Shown here piece after piece: positions 1 through 9,096 of a DNA stretch of 34,898 bases (positions are counted from its first letter, which is position 1; each line of letters starts with the position of its first letter). The notes beneath the pieces were generated by a model that saw only the letters and a program-made list of their open reading frames with translations, ran no database searches and was not told where the DNA came from. Origin of the DNA: a virus (taxonomy: Duplodnaviria; Caudoviricetes); the IMG/VR virus record IMGVR_UViG_3300011338_000078, positions 1 through 34,898 of that record. One strand, given 5' to 3'. A program made the position numbers and the translations under genes.

Positions 1-127
1 CTCAGCCTCATGGACTGAGGCTATGCGTATTGACAACGCAGGTAACGTGCTTGTCACTTCCGCTGCTGGTCTTGGCTACGGCACAGGCTCTGGTGGTACT
101 GTTACACAGGCAACAAGCAAGTCAACA
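1..127. repeat. Terminal direct repeat (127 bp), copy 1; circular assembly overlap
   Basis: 1-127 is identical to 34772-34898 (ctcagcctcatgg...caagtcaaca). 127 is a common assembler k-mer size and the repeat lies inside an ORF. Confidence 0.97.
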
Positions 128-403
128 ACGGTAACGCTGAACAAGCCTACTGGAAAAATAACTACTACTGCGGATGCTTTAGCATCAAATACCACTGTAG
201 CTTTTACATTTAATAATTCTCTTATAGCAGCAACAGATAACGTAGTATTTACGTTTGCTGACGGAAATGGTTATCAGTATTTGGTTTGGGCGTATAACAT
301 GTTAGCTGGGTCATGTACTGTTGCTTTGAGAAACATTACCGCAGGTTCTTTGTCTCAAGCTCTACCAATTAACTTTGCCATTATCAAAGGCGCAACATCT
401 TAA
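1..403 (+). CDS. C-terminal part of the tail fibre/receptor-binding protein (continues from 34032 across the circular junction)
   Basis: ATG at 23 corresponds to 34794, in frame with ATG 34032 (762 nt upstream, no stops). Contains the [11 protein letters not shown] fibre repeat motif. Confidence 0.85.
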   Translation, partial: SASWTEAMRIDNAGNVLVTSAAGLGYGTGSGGTVTQATSKSTTVTLNKPTGKITTTADALASNTTVAFTFNNSLIAATDNVVFTFADGNGYQYLVWAYNMLAGSCTVALRNITAGSLSQALPINFAIIKGATS

Positions 404-413
404 GGAGTAAATC

Positions 414-599
414 ATGATTTATTTAGCAGCAATGTGTCACGACATTAAATCCAACACCTTAGAAGCCACATGGCTAGAGGAAACGGAAACGGAACTCAAG
501 CGAGTAAAGTGCCGCAACTACAGCGCAGAACAGAAGGACGAGTTCCTTGCTGACTGTGGTGCGGATGGTGAAAAGTACGCAGACTTAGCGGGGTGGTGA
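414..599 (+). CDS. Small acidic protein, possible tail fibre assembly chaperone
   Basis: Strong RBS AAGGAG, directly after the fibre gene. Function is inferred from position only. Confidence 0.6.
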   Translation: MIYLAAMCHDIKSNTLEATWLEETETELKRVKCRNYSAEQKDEFLADCGADGEKYADLAGW

Positions 600-832
600 T
601 GGACAAGCCAGAAATTGACCCTGTACGCTATGGAGTCCTGTGGCAGAAGGTGCAGGACTACGAGCGCCGGTTTGACGATATGAGCGCCAAGATCGACAAG
701 ATGGAGTCATCTATCGAAACGCTGGTTGCTATGGCGAACCAGGGCAAGGGTGGTTTCTGGATGGGCATGGTGATCGTGTCCGCTGTCGGAAGTCTTATTG
801 GTTACTTCGCGCATCTATTTGGCAAACCGTGA
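599..832 (+). CDS. Coiled-coil protein with C-terminal TM helix (XhlA/holin-like)
   Basis: TGATG overlap at 597-601. Heptad region followed by GFWMGMVIVSAVGSLIGYF, within the lysis cluster. Confidence 0.6.
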   Translation: MDKPEIDPVRYGVLWQKVQDYERRFDDMSAKIDKMESSIETLVAMANQGKGGFWMGMVIVSAVGSLIGYFAHLFGKP

Positions 833-838
833 TCCAAA

Positions 839-1309
839 ATGATCGACCCCATCACAGCCTTTGCGACTGCACAAGCCGCGATAAAGGGGGTGCAGGCCGC
901 CATCAAGATGGGCAAGGACATCCACGCCATTGGCGGGGAGATGATGAAGTTTTTCGAGGCAAAGGACATTGTCCAGAGGGAAGCGTCCAAGCCTAAGAGC
1001 AGTTTTGCAAAGTCAGATACGGCGGCGGCGTTTGAGATAGTGATGCAGGCCAAGCAGTTGGCTGATGCCGAAAGAGAGCTGAATAACTACATGGTGATGT
1101 CTGGTAATGCTGATCTCTGGCAGCAGCTCATGGTGGAGCGCAACAACATCATCAAGCAGCGCAAGGTAGAGGAAATATTGGCAGAGAATCACGCTAAGAA
1201 GCGCAAGGCAGAGATTGAAGATTTGTTGACCTGGTTAATTGGTGGCGCGCTTGCGCTACTGTTGCTGGGTCTTTGTTTTTGGTGGCTAACACTTTTGATG
1301 GAGAAATAA
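839..1309 (+). CDS. Membrane-anchored coiled-coil protein of the lysis cluster
   Basis: 156-aa ORF with C-terminal TM segment WLIGGALALLLLGLCFWWL. Confidence 0.65.
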   Translation: MIDPITAFATAQAAIKGVQAAIKMGKDIHAIGGEMMKFFEAKDIVQREASKPKSSFAKSDTAAAFEIVMQAKQLADAERELNNYMVMSGNADLWQQLMVERNNIIKQRKVEEILAENHAKKRKAEIEDLLTWLIGGALALLLLGLCFWWLTLLMEK

Positions 1310-1825
1310 ATGCTCACGATCCTATCTACTCTGATCTCTTTCCTGATGGGCGGCCTGCCTAAGTTGCTGGACTTCTTCCAAGATCGCAACGACAAGAAGC
1401 ACGAGCTGGCGCTGGCCGCCATGCAGATTGAACGTGAACTAGAGCTGCGCAAAGCAGGTTTTGAGGCGCAGGAACGGGTGGAGCAGATACATAGCCAGCA
1501 ACTGGAGTTAGAGACAACTGCCAAGGCTAACGAGAACCTGGTCAACGCGCAGGTGGCTGAGATGAACGCTATCTACAAGCACGACGAGTCTCTGGGAGAG
1601 GGTACATCACAGTGGATAAAGGACTTGCGTGCCGGTACGCGCAGTTTCATCACTATGGGTTTCTTTCTGCTGCTGTGCTTTGTGGACGTTGGCCTGTTTA
1701 TCTACGGGTATAACAATGGCGTGGCGTTTCCTGCGCTGGCTGAGAAGCTGTGGGATAGCAATACCCAGGCGCTGTTTGCTTCTATCGTAGCATTTCACTT
1801 TGGTGGCCGAGCCTTTGGAAAATGA
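1310..1825 (+). CDS. Putative holin (3-TM, GTA-holin-like layout)
   Basis: N-terminal hydrophobic helix, DKKHEL coiled coil, two C-terminal TM segments ending FHFGGRAFGK, upstream of the endolysin. Confidence 0.6.
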   Translation: MLTILSTLISFLMGGLPKLLDFFQDRNDKKHELALAAMQIERELELRKAGFEAQERVEQIHSQQLELETTAKANENLVNAQVAEMNAIYKHDESLGEGTSQWIKDLRAGTRSFITMGFFLLLCFVDVGLFIYGYNNGVAFPALAEKLWDSNTQALFASIVAFHFGGRAFGK

Positions 1826-1974
1826 TCTGGACACTGGTGCTAGTAACAGGTATCAACATGAACTCAATAATGATCGTCGGTTATTTTGAGGTGGAGTCTG
1901 CTTGCCAGCGTGCTGCTAAAGAGTGGCGTGATCTTGGCTACAAAGTAGGGTGCGTGCAAACGCAAAAGAAATGA
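1822..1974 (+). CDS. 50-aa hypothetical protein (not in ORF track)
   Basis: MIWTLVLVTGINMNSIMIVGYFEVESACQRAAKEWRDLGYKVGCVQTQKK. ATGA overlaps with both neighbours. Confidence 0.65.
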   Translation: MIWTLVLVTGINMNSIMIVGYFEVESACQRAAKEWRDLGYKVGCVQTQKK

Positions 1975-2447
1975 AAGTCTCAGCCAAGGCATTGTCCATG
2001 ATTAAGCACCACGAGGGGACCAGGCAGCGTCCGTATCGCTGTCCTGCTCTGCTTTGGACTGTTGGCGTTGGCCACGTACTGTACCCAGCCCAGGGTAAGC
2101 AAAAGATTGAAGAACGTAATGGCTATTTATTGAGGCCAGAGGATGACAGGTTGTGGTCTATGGAGGAGGTAGATGGAATACTTGCAGCAGACCTTGAGCG
2201 CTTTGAGCGCGGAGTGGAACGATTCTGCCCTGTTGTTCTTACGCAGGGTCAGTTTGATGGTCTTGTCAGTTTCTCTTTTAATGTGGGCCTTGGGACACTC
2301 CAGCGTAGCACGCTACGCCAGAAAGTGCTACGCGGGGATATGGAAGGCGCTGCGGAAGAACTCCTAAAGTATTGCATGGCCGGTGGCAAGCCATTGAAGG
2401 GTTTGCAGAACCGGCGCAAGGATGAGCGCGTCCTATTCTTATCCTAA
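1971..2447 (+). CDS. Endolysin, GH24 phage lysozyme
   Basis: E-x8-C-x5-T triad (HEGTRQRPYRCPALLWTVGVGH), QGQFDGLVSFSFNVG and GLQNRRKDE motifs. Start taken at the ATGA overlap at 1971. Confidence 0.93.
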   Translation: MKVSAKALSMIKHHEGTRQRPYRCPALLWTVGVGHVLYPAQGKQKIEERNGYLLRPEDDRLWSMEEVDGILAADLERFERGVERFCPVVLTQGQFDGLVSFSFNVGLGTLQRSTLRQKVLRGDMEGAAEELLKYCMAGGKPLKGLQNRRKDERVLFLS

Positions 2448-2465
2448 TGGTGGCACAATAAAACT

Positions 2466-3104
2466 ATGGCCATCCAGCAAAAACTTGAGACTCCGACACC
2501 GCCTAATCTGGGCTATCCACCAGAGCTATACGAGCGCCGAAATTTCAACGAGTCCAACGGCGCGCTGAATGTTTACTTTAGGAAGGTGACTTCGGTGCTT
2601 GGCGCCTTGTTTGGCGTCAAGGGCAGCCGGTACATAAACGCGCCCTATGGAGCCTTTCAGAGCACCGCAGACCAGACGGCAGCGGCCATCAATACCGCGT
2701 ACGCGATGACGTTCAATACGACTGATTACACCAATGGCGTCACGGTAGTCAGCAATTCGCGCATCACGGTAACTGATTCTGGCATCTACAACTTTCAGTG
2801 GTCTGGAGAATTTGAGAATACAGACAGCCAAGAGCATGATGTAAGGATATGGATTAAGGTCAATGGGACAAACCTGGTTGGCTCTACAGGATTTGTTGGG
2901 ATACCGTCTAAGCATGGAATAGTCAATGGTCACGCAATAGTTTCATGGAACTACTTCCTATCACTTGCCGCCAATGACTACATAGAGCTTTGGTGGGAGA
3001 CTGACAGCACCACAGTCAGCATCCAGGCATACGCTGCTGCGTCCAACTACCCGTCTACCGCGTCGCTGATTGCGACAATGCAATTTGTGTCGAACACAAT
3101 GTGA
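2466..3104 (+). CDS. Virion structural protein with beta-sandwich (C1q/TNF-like) C-terminal domain
   Basis: RITVTDSGIYNF, IKVNG and LAANDYIELW patterns typical of C1q-like jelly rolls. Confidence 0.55.
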   Translation: MAIQQKLETPTPPNLGYPPELYERRNFNESNGALNVYFRKVTSVLGALFGVKGSRYINAPYGAFQSTADQTAAAINTAYAMTFNTTDYTNGVTVVSNSRITVTDSGIYNFQWSGEFENTDSQEHDVRIWIKVNGTNLVGSTGFVGIPSKHGIVNGHAIVSWNYFLSLAANDYIELWWETDSTTVSIQAYAAASNYPSTASLIATMQFVSNTM

Positions 3105-3111
3105 GAACGTC

Positions 3112-4596
3112 ATGTACATACCCTTAAAAATACCACCAGGCATCTACCGTAACGGAACCGAGTACCAATCATCTGGGCGCTGGTACGACGCCAACCTGGT
3201 ACGCTGGTACGAGAATACCCTGCGCCCGATTAACGGGTGGCGTAAACGCTTTAGCACTCAGACGGCGATGAGTGGAAAGTGCAGGGGTCTGATTACCTGG
3301 CGTGATAACACCGCAGACCGGTGGATTGTTGCTGGGACGCACAGCAATCTGTATTGCATGAATGAAACCGGAACTTTAAAAAACATCACGCCTACAGGTT
3401 TTACTACTGGAATTCCAGATGCGCAATCATTTACTGGATATGGATATGCAGGATACGGAAACTTCGCGTATGGTATCCAGCGACCAGACTTGGGCAATAT
3501 CGTACCTGCGACAACATGGTCTATGGATACCTGGGGCGAGTACCTTATTGCTTGCAGTAGTTACGATAGAAAAATCTATGAGTGGCAGTTAGGATTTACA
3601 ACGCCAACGCTGGCCGCTGTGATTACCAATGCACCAATAAACAACAACGCAGTTATGGTCACTGCTGATCGGATCATGTTTGCCTTGGGTGCTGGCGGTA
3701 ACCCACGAAAGGTAGCCTGGTCAGATCAGGAGGACAACACGGTGTGGACTGCCGCCATAGACAATTTGGCGGGTGACTACGAACTTACAACGCCAGGTAC
3801 TTTGATGGCCGGTAAGCGCGTCAAGGGTGTAAACCTACTATTCACTGACGTTGATGTACACACCGCGCAATACATTGGAGCGCCGTTCGTTTACGGGTTT
3901 GAGAAGGCCGGTAGCGGGTGCGGGTTGATCTCGGCGCAGTCAGTGGCTGCCATAGACACCGCCGCCATCTGGATGTCTAGCAGTGGCTTCTGGATGTACG
4001 ACGGGTACGTCAAACCATTGCCTTGTGACGTTTCTGACTACGTTTTTAACGACATAAACTTGACGCAGAAGTCAAAAATATACGCTGTCCACAATAGCAA
4101 ATTTGGTGAGATATGGTGGTTCTACCCGTCCAACGACTCCAACGAGAACGATTCCTATGTGACGTATAACTACCGTGAAGGACACTGGAACATAGGCACA
4201 TTGTCTAGGTTGGCGGGTGCTGATGCTGGGGTGTTCACTTACCCATTGATGGTTGACAGCAGCGGATACATCTACGAACATGAGGTCGGGTTTGACTATG
4301 ACTCTGCCGTTCTGTACGCGCAATCTGGACCCATTGAACTTGGGACAGGCGAGAACATAATGAACGTCAAACAGGTAATTCCTGACGAGCAGACGCTGGG
4401 CGAGGCGCTGGTTTCGTTCAAGTCAAGGTTCTACCCTACCGGCGCGGAATCTACTTTCGGACCCTATACGGCGGCAAACCCTACCAGCGTCCGGTTCTCT
4501 GGGCGCCAGGTTGAGATTAAGGTCACGGGTAACACCTTGGCAGATTGGCGTATCGGGGTTATGCGGTTGGAGGCTACGGCCGGTGGGCGTAGATGA
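3112..4596 (+). CDS. Tail nozzle/head-closure protein (P22 gp10-like beta-propeller)
   Basis: About 494 aa, beta-rich, with VAWSDQED, EIWWFYP and YNYREGHW motifs, upstream of the ejection genes. Start moved to ATG 3112. Confidence 0.7.
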   Translation: MYIPLKIPPGIYRNGTEYQSSGRWYDANLVRWYENTLRPINGWRKRFSTQTAMSGKCRGLITWRDNTADRWIVAGTHSNLYCMNETGTLKNITPTGFTTGIPDAQSFTGYGYAGYGNFAYGIQRPDLGNIVPATTWSMDTWGEYLIACSSYDRKIYEWQLGFTTPTLAAVITNAPINNNAVMVTADRIMFALGAGGNPRKVAWSDQEDNTVWTAAIDNLAGDYELTTPGTLMAGKRVKGVNLLFTDVDVHTAQYIGAPFVYGFEKAGSGCGLISAQSVAAIDTAAIWMSSSGFWMYDGYVKPLPCDVSDYVFNDINLTQKSKIYAVHNSKFGEIWWFYPSNDSNENDSYVTYNYREGHWNIGTLSRLAGADAGVFTYPLMVDSSGYIYEHEVGFDYDSAVLYAQSGPIELGTGENIMNVKQVIPDEQTLGEALVSFKSRFYPTGAESTFGPYTAANPTSVRFSGRQVEIKVTGNTLADWRIGVMRLEATAGGRR

Positions 4597-4961
4597 CAGA
4601 CCTGGAGGACTTGCACAGGCTGCGCCAGCAGGTGCAATCGGCTTTAGAATACTCTGGAGGCACACACACATTTGACGATATAGCCCAGGCTGTAACCGAG
4701 AATCGGTTCCAGGTATGGCCAGGCGTCAATTCGGTGGTAGTGACCGAGATCATTGTCTACCCGCAACTCAAGAACTTGCACTACTTCTTAGCTGGCGGCG
4801 ACCTCGATGAACTCAGAGCGATGCGACCATACATCGAACGCTGGGGTAAGAGTTTAGGTTGCACGCGAGTTACTCTCGCAGGACGTAAAGGCTGGGCCAA
4901 GACGTTCCTGCGCGATGAAGGATACGAACCTAGATGGTTCATTTTGAGCAAGGAGCTTTGA
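4593..4961 (+). CDS. GNAT-fold-like small protein
   Basis: ERWGKSLGCTRVTLAGRKGW...GY pattern. Podoviruses commonly carry such a gene between the nozzle and ejection genes. Confidence 0.5.
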   Translation: MTDLEDLHRLRQQVQSALEYSGGTHTFDDIAQAVTENRFQVWPGVNSVVVTEIIVYPQLKNLHYFLAGGDLDELRAMRPYIERWGKSLGCTRVTLAGRKGWAKTFLRDEGYEPRWFILSKEL

Positions 4962-4962
4962 T

Positions 4963-6795
4963 ATGGCGCGAATGATTAATTATGGAGATGATGAGCTTCT
5001 AGCAAATCCATTTGCGTTTGCTGCGCAAGCTCCTGTTGCTCCGGCAATGCTTGCACCAGTTGCCCAAGCTCCAGTTGCACCAGTTGCTGCCCCCAGGCGT
5101 AGCGATCAAACAATGTACTCCCAAACTCAAGAGTATGGGATGGTTCCTGTTTATGAACAGCAGGGGGGTAGAGCGGGGGAGCGAGGAGAGCCTGTTTTTT
5201 TAGGTTATGAATTTAATCCTATTGCCGCAGGACTAGAAATATTAGAAGCGCCAAAACCAGTGGGTGTAATTGCGGAAGAAAAAAGGCTTGGCACAACGAT
5301 GGAGCCTATTTATCAAACGTACACGACCCCCCGAGGAGGTCGTGATGGGGATAACCCAGAAACAATACAGTATGGTCCACCCATAGGCTACCGCTACGAC
5401 AACGGGAAAAGTCAGTATGTAAATTTTGATGCAGGTGGGCAATTTGTAAATACGCAAGACAGAAAAAAAAGTAGTCTTGCTGATCTTTGGCCGATTTTGG
5501 CAATATTAGCAATTCCGTTTGTTGGTCCTTCTTTGCTTCCATCTGTATTTGGTGCTGGTGCTGAAGCCGCTGGTGCTGGTTTGTTGGCAGACACAGCTGC
5601 ACTCGGTGCTGGTCAGGTTGCTGCTGCTGCACCATTGGCGTTTACTCCAGAGATGATTGCAGCCGGTGCATTTACGCCAGGCTCTATTGGTGCTGCTGGC
5701 GCTGCATCTGGTGCATTGACAGCGGGGCAATTGGCTGCCGCTTATGGCGTCCCAGGATTACTGTCAGAGTTGGCCCCGCTTGCTGCTGCGCCAGAAGCTG
5801 TATCTCAAACAATTCCAGAAGTCATTGCTCAGACTACACCACAAGCTGTAACGCCAAGCATTAACGAGATGGTGGCATCTGGAACATTTACACCAGGATC
5901 TGCTGGTGCTACTGGTGCTGCGTCAGGTGCATTGACAGGTGAAGCATTAGCTGCTGCTGGTGGACTGTTAACTGAAGGTGCGACTCCAGCATTGGTAGAT
6001 ATGGCAGCACAAGGAGCACAAAACTACCTTGAGTCTGGTGGTGGTGCTCAAGCTGGAGCCGGTGGTGGTCCTAATGGCACGGATATTTTTAGAGAGATGT
6101 CAGTAAATCAAGGCGTTGCGTCTGGCCTTGGCCCTGGCTCTATGGGTGCTGATATGGCAGCAAAAGGATTATTGACGGCAGAGCAGTTAGCGGCAGCGGC
6201 TGGAACTACTGGCGCTGGTTCTTCTTTATCAATGCCATCATTGTCAACAATAAAAGATGCACTGACAGTTGCAAGTCTTGTGGGTGGTGCTGTAGGTAAT
6301 AACAATGCCTCTACAGCAGCACCATTCACGATGGCGCCGTATGTGCCGCCATCAGGAAAGCCATTTGCTAATTTGGGTATGTCGCCTATTGCAACCCCGT
6401 ACACACCGACAAGGATTGCTGGCCAGTACGACCCGACAAAGACACCTGGTGGGATTAGCCCATACGAGCTAATCATGGCGCAGATGCAAGCACCAAAGAA
6501 CTTGTATGCTGACTTTGAGGCAGGTACGAATATTGGTGGTTACGACCCGCAAAGGTTTGTTGTCCCACCGGCTGCGGCAGCAACAGCACCGCCTAATAAC
6601 ATGGGCGGCATGATTAACAAGTCTAGGATGGTGGGTCCCAACCCTATGGGTCCAGATAACGGGTTTGCGTCTATTCAAGATGGCGAGTTTGTGATGAACC
6701 GCAAGGCTACACAAAAGTACGGCATTGAGTTAATGAACGCAATCAACAGCGGCAAGATTTCTAAGGGCAAGCTATTCGGCTTGCTGGAAGCATAA
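4963..6795 (+). CDS. Ala/Gly-rich internal virion protein with TM segment and C-terminal GEFV motif
   Basis: 610 aa, low complexity, hydrophobic LWPILAILAIPFVG, C-terminal DNGFASIQDGEFVMNRKATQKYG...INSG. Confidence 0.6.
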   Translation: MARMINYGDDELLANPFAFAAQAPVAPAMLAPVAQAPVAPVAAPRRSDQTMYSQTQEYGMVPVYEQQGGRAGERGEPVFLGYEFNPIAAGLEILEAPKPVGVIAEEKRLGTTMEPIYQTYTTPRGGRDGDNPETIQYGPPIGYRYDNGKSQYVNFDAGGQFVNTQDRKKSSLADLWPILAILAIPFVGPSLLPSVFGAGAEAAGAGLLADTAALGAGQVAAAAPLAFTPEMIAAGAFTPGSIGAAGAASGALTAGQLAAAYGVPGLLSELAPLAAAPEAVSQTIPEVIAQTTPQAVTPSINEMVASGTFTPGSAGATGAASGALTGEALAAAGGLLTEGATPALVDMAAQGAQNYLESGGGAQAGAGGGPNGTDIFREMSVNQGVASGLGPGSMGADMAAKGLLTAEQLAAAAGTTGAGSSLSMPSLSTIKDALTVASLVGGAVGNNNASTAAPFTMAPYVPPSGKPFANLGMSPIATPYTPTRIAGQYDPTKTPGGISPYELIMAQMQAPKNLYADFEAGTNIGGYDPQRFVVPPAAAATAPPNNMGGMINKSRMVGPNPMGPDNGFASIQDGEFVMNRKATQKYGIELMNAINSGKISKGKLFGLLEA

Positions 6796-6806
6796 GGAGC
6801 ACGATT

Positions 6807-7682
6807 ATGAGCAAAGGCGGCGGCACACAGACAAGTACGACTAGCGTTGATCCAGACATCAAGAAGGCGTACCTAGAGAACTATCAGCAAGCACAGGGCG
6901 TGGCGGCATCACTACCGCAGCAGCAGTTTGCGCCAATGAACGCGATGTACCAAAGCGGCGAGCAGGCGCTGACAAATGCAGCGCTTGCAGGCCAGGGGCT
7001 GACATCAGTTGACCAGGCTGCACTGCTAACGCAACAGGCTGCCGGTCCGCGCAACCTGTCACTTGGTCAGGGTCCAGGGACACTGGGCAGCTACATGAAT
7101 CCGTACAGCCAGGGCGTTACGCAGAATGCTTTAGCTGACTTGGAGGCATCACGTCAGAACGCTTTGCGTCAGACTTCGCAGCAGGCGCAGGCAGCGCGCG
7201 CCTTTGGCGGTTCACGCCAGGGTGTAGCAGAGGCGCAGACAAACCTTGGATTTACCAAGCAGTACGGCGACCTGTCCGCAAGGCTGAACGAGCAAGCATT
7301 TAACCAGGCTATGAGTGCGCAAGGGCAAGACCTTTCCCGTCAGATGATGGGCGCGCAGCAGTTGAGTGGCATTGGTGGCCAGCAGCAGCAGTTGCGTCTT
7401 GGCGGTGCTCAGCAGGTTATGGGAGCCGGTGGCGCACGACAGCAGTTGGAGCAGCAGCAGCTCGATGCCATGCGCAGCCTGGCTACTCAGCGCCTTGGTA
7501 TCCAGCAGGCTGCTTTGGGTATGCAGCCTGGAAACCTTGGCCAGAGCACTAGCACTCCGCTGTACCAGAACCGTGCCGGTGGTGCTCTTGGCGGTGCTCT
7601 GGCTGGGTATCAATTAGGCGGGAAAGACAATTCCGGACTTGGCGCCGCACTCGGTGGCTTGCTCGGATACTTTGGCGGTTAA
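6807..7682 (+). CDS. Internal virion/DNA ejection protein (Gln/Ala/Gly-rich)
   Basis: RBS AAGGAG. MSKGGG start, YMNPY and AFGGSRQGV motifs, C-terminal glycine zipper. Confidence 0.7.
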   Translation: MSKGGGTQTSTTSVDPDIKKAYLENYQQAQGVAASLPQQQFAPMNAMYQSGEQALTNAALAGQGLTSVDQAALLTQQAAGPRNLSLGQGPGTLGSYMNPYSQGVTQNALADLEASRQNALRQTSQQAQAARAFGGSRQGVAEAQTNLGFTKQYGDLSARLNEQAFNQAMSAQGQDLSRQMMGAQQLSGIGGQQQQLRLGGAQQVMGAGGARQQLEQQQLDAMRSLATQRLGIQQAALGMQPGNLGQSTSTPLYQNRAGGALGGALAGYQLGGKDNSGLGAALGGLLGYFGG

Positions 7683-7694
7683 AGGGGAAACATC

Positions 7695-9089
7695 ATGGCA
7701 GATTTTGATTTAGGTGGCCTGCTGTTTGGCAATGCGCCATCCAGCGGCCTGGAAAGCTACCTGGACCCAGAGCAACTACGCAGGATGCAGCAGCAGGGCG
7801 TCATGCAGGCGGCTATGGCGCTCTTGAAGGCGTCCGGTCCCAGCACTCAGCGCGTAGGGCTAGGGCAGGCTCTAGGTGGCGCATACGAGGCTGGACAGGC
7901 TGGCTATCAGCAGGCGCAGCAGCAGGGTCTGGCTGGCATGATGACTAAGCAGAAGCTGGATGAGGCTAAACGTAATCAAGAATTGCAGCAGACTGTAGGA
8001 ACGTTCTTAGGTCAGCAGGCTCCAGAAGGTACATCACCGACAGAGTTTAAAGCGCAGCAGTACATGAAGCTGGCAGACCTTTATGCCGCACGCAATCTAG
8101 ATCAAGCCAGTAAATTCTTTGATATGGCGCAGAAACTTACGCCAACAAGGGCAAAGGTTAGCGGGCAGCCGTTTGAGGTAAGTGGACCGGATGGAAAGCC
8201 AATTCTTGTACAGCAAAATGAGTTTGGTGATATCACCACAATGCAAGGGTTCGGGCCAAAGCGTAAGGTTGTATTGCAAAACATTGATGGCGTTATGACT
8301 GCCGTGGATGAGTCTGCGCTTAAAGGTGGCGAGACGTTTGGTACTGGAATAAGCAAAGCTGAACAAGCACGCATTGACGCTGACAAAACTCGATTAGATT
8401 ATGAATTTCAGCGCCTTGGATTTGATAAGCAGCGTATTGATATGGAGAAAAACCGCCTTGGTATGGAGCAAAAGCGTTTGGGACTTAGTCAAGCTGAATT
8501 TGCTCGCGGTGGATACGACAGAATCACCAATGAGCAAGGCGTTTTCTACGTTCCTAAGACGCCAGGCTTGCCGGTTATTCCAATTGCTGGACCTGGTGGT
8601 GAACCATTAAAAGGTACTGCGCCTCCAAAGGCTACAGAGTCAGAGCAAAACGCGGCAGGGTTTGCGCAGCGTATGGAGCGTGCTGATGCCATTGCAAACT
8701 CATTGGCAGGGCAGCAACCTGGTTTAGGTTCATCTGTTGCTGGCTCTATTCCGCTTGTTGGTGGTATGGCAAAGCGTTTGGTGCAGCCAGGCCAAACTCA
8801 GCAATTTGAGCAGGCTGCAAACGATTGGATTCGCGCTAAGTTGCGTAAGGAATCAGGCGCCGCCATTGGCAAAGATGAGATGGAATCCGAGTTTAGGACT
8901 TACTTTCCTATGGTTGGAGACACTGCGGCAGTTATTACGCAAAAGGCAGAGGCACGCCGTATCGCTACCGATGCAATGCGTCTTAATGCTGGTGGCCAGT
9001 ATCGTCCTTATGCCCCGTCTGCTGCGCCTGCCGCAACTGGTGGCGCTCTTACATGGGACCCCGTTAAAAAGCAATTTGTAAATAAGTGA
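7695..9089 (+). CDS. Internal virion/DNA ejection protein
   Basis: 464 aa, coiled-coil, with LRKESGAAIG...YFP motif, in the ejection cluster. Confidence 0.65.
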   Translation: MADFDLGGLLFGNAPSSGLESYLDPEQLRRMQQQGVMQAAMALLKASGPSTQRVGLGQALGGAYEAGQAGYQQAQQQGLAGMMTKQKLDEAKRNQELQQTVGTFLGQQAPEGTSPTEFKAQQYMKLADLYAARNLDQASKFFDMAQKLTPTRAKVSGQPFEVSGPDGKPILVQQNEFGDITTMQGFGPKRKVVLQNIDGVMTAVDESALKGGETFGTGISKAEQARIDADKTRLDYEFQRLGFDKQRIDMEKNRLGMEQKRLGLSQAEFARGGYDRITNEQGVFYVPKTPGLPVIPIAGPGGEPLKGTAPPKATESEQNAAGFAQRMERADAIANSLAGQQPGLGSSVAGSIPLVGGMAKRLVQPGQTQQFEQAANDWIRAKLRKESGAAIGKDEMESEFRTYFPMVGDTAAVITQKAEARRIATDAMRLNAGGQYRPYAPSAAPAATGGALTWDPVKKQFVNK

Positions 9090-9096
9090 GGCTAAT

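Noticed and set aside
1-127. Terminal repeat as a biological direct terminal repeat
   Set aside because: Its length equals a typical assembly k-mer and it falls in the middle of a gene, so it most likely reflects circular assembly.
23-403. Stand-alone 126-aa gene
   Set aside because: It is the in-frame 3' part of the fibre gene starting at 34032.
1971-2447. Cys instead of Asp in the lysozyme triad as a novelty or inactivation
   Set aside because: E-x8-C-x5-T is a known active variant of GH24 lysozymes.
4963-6795. Tape measure protein of a long tail
   Set aside because: The GEFV motif occurs in tape measures, but no tail tube, sheath or chaperone genes are recognisable and the layout is podovirus-like.
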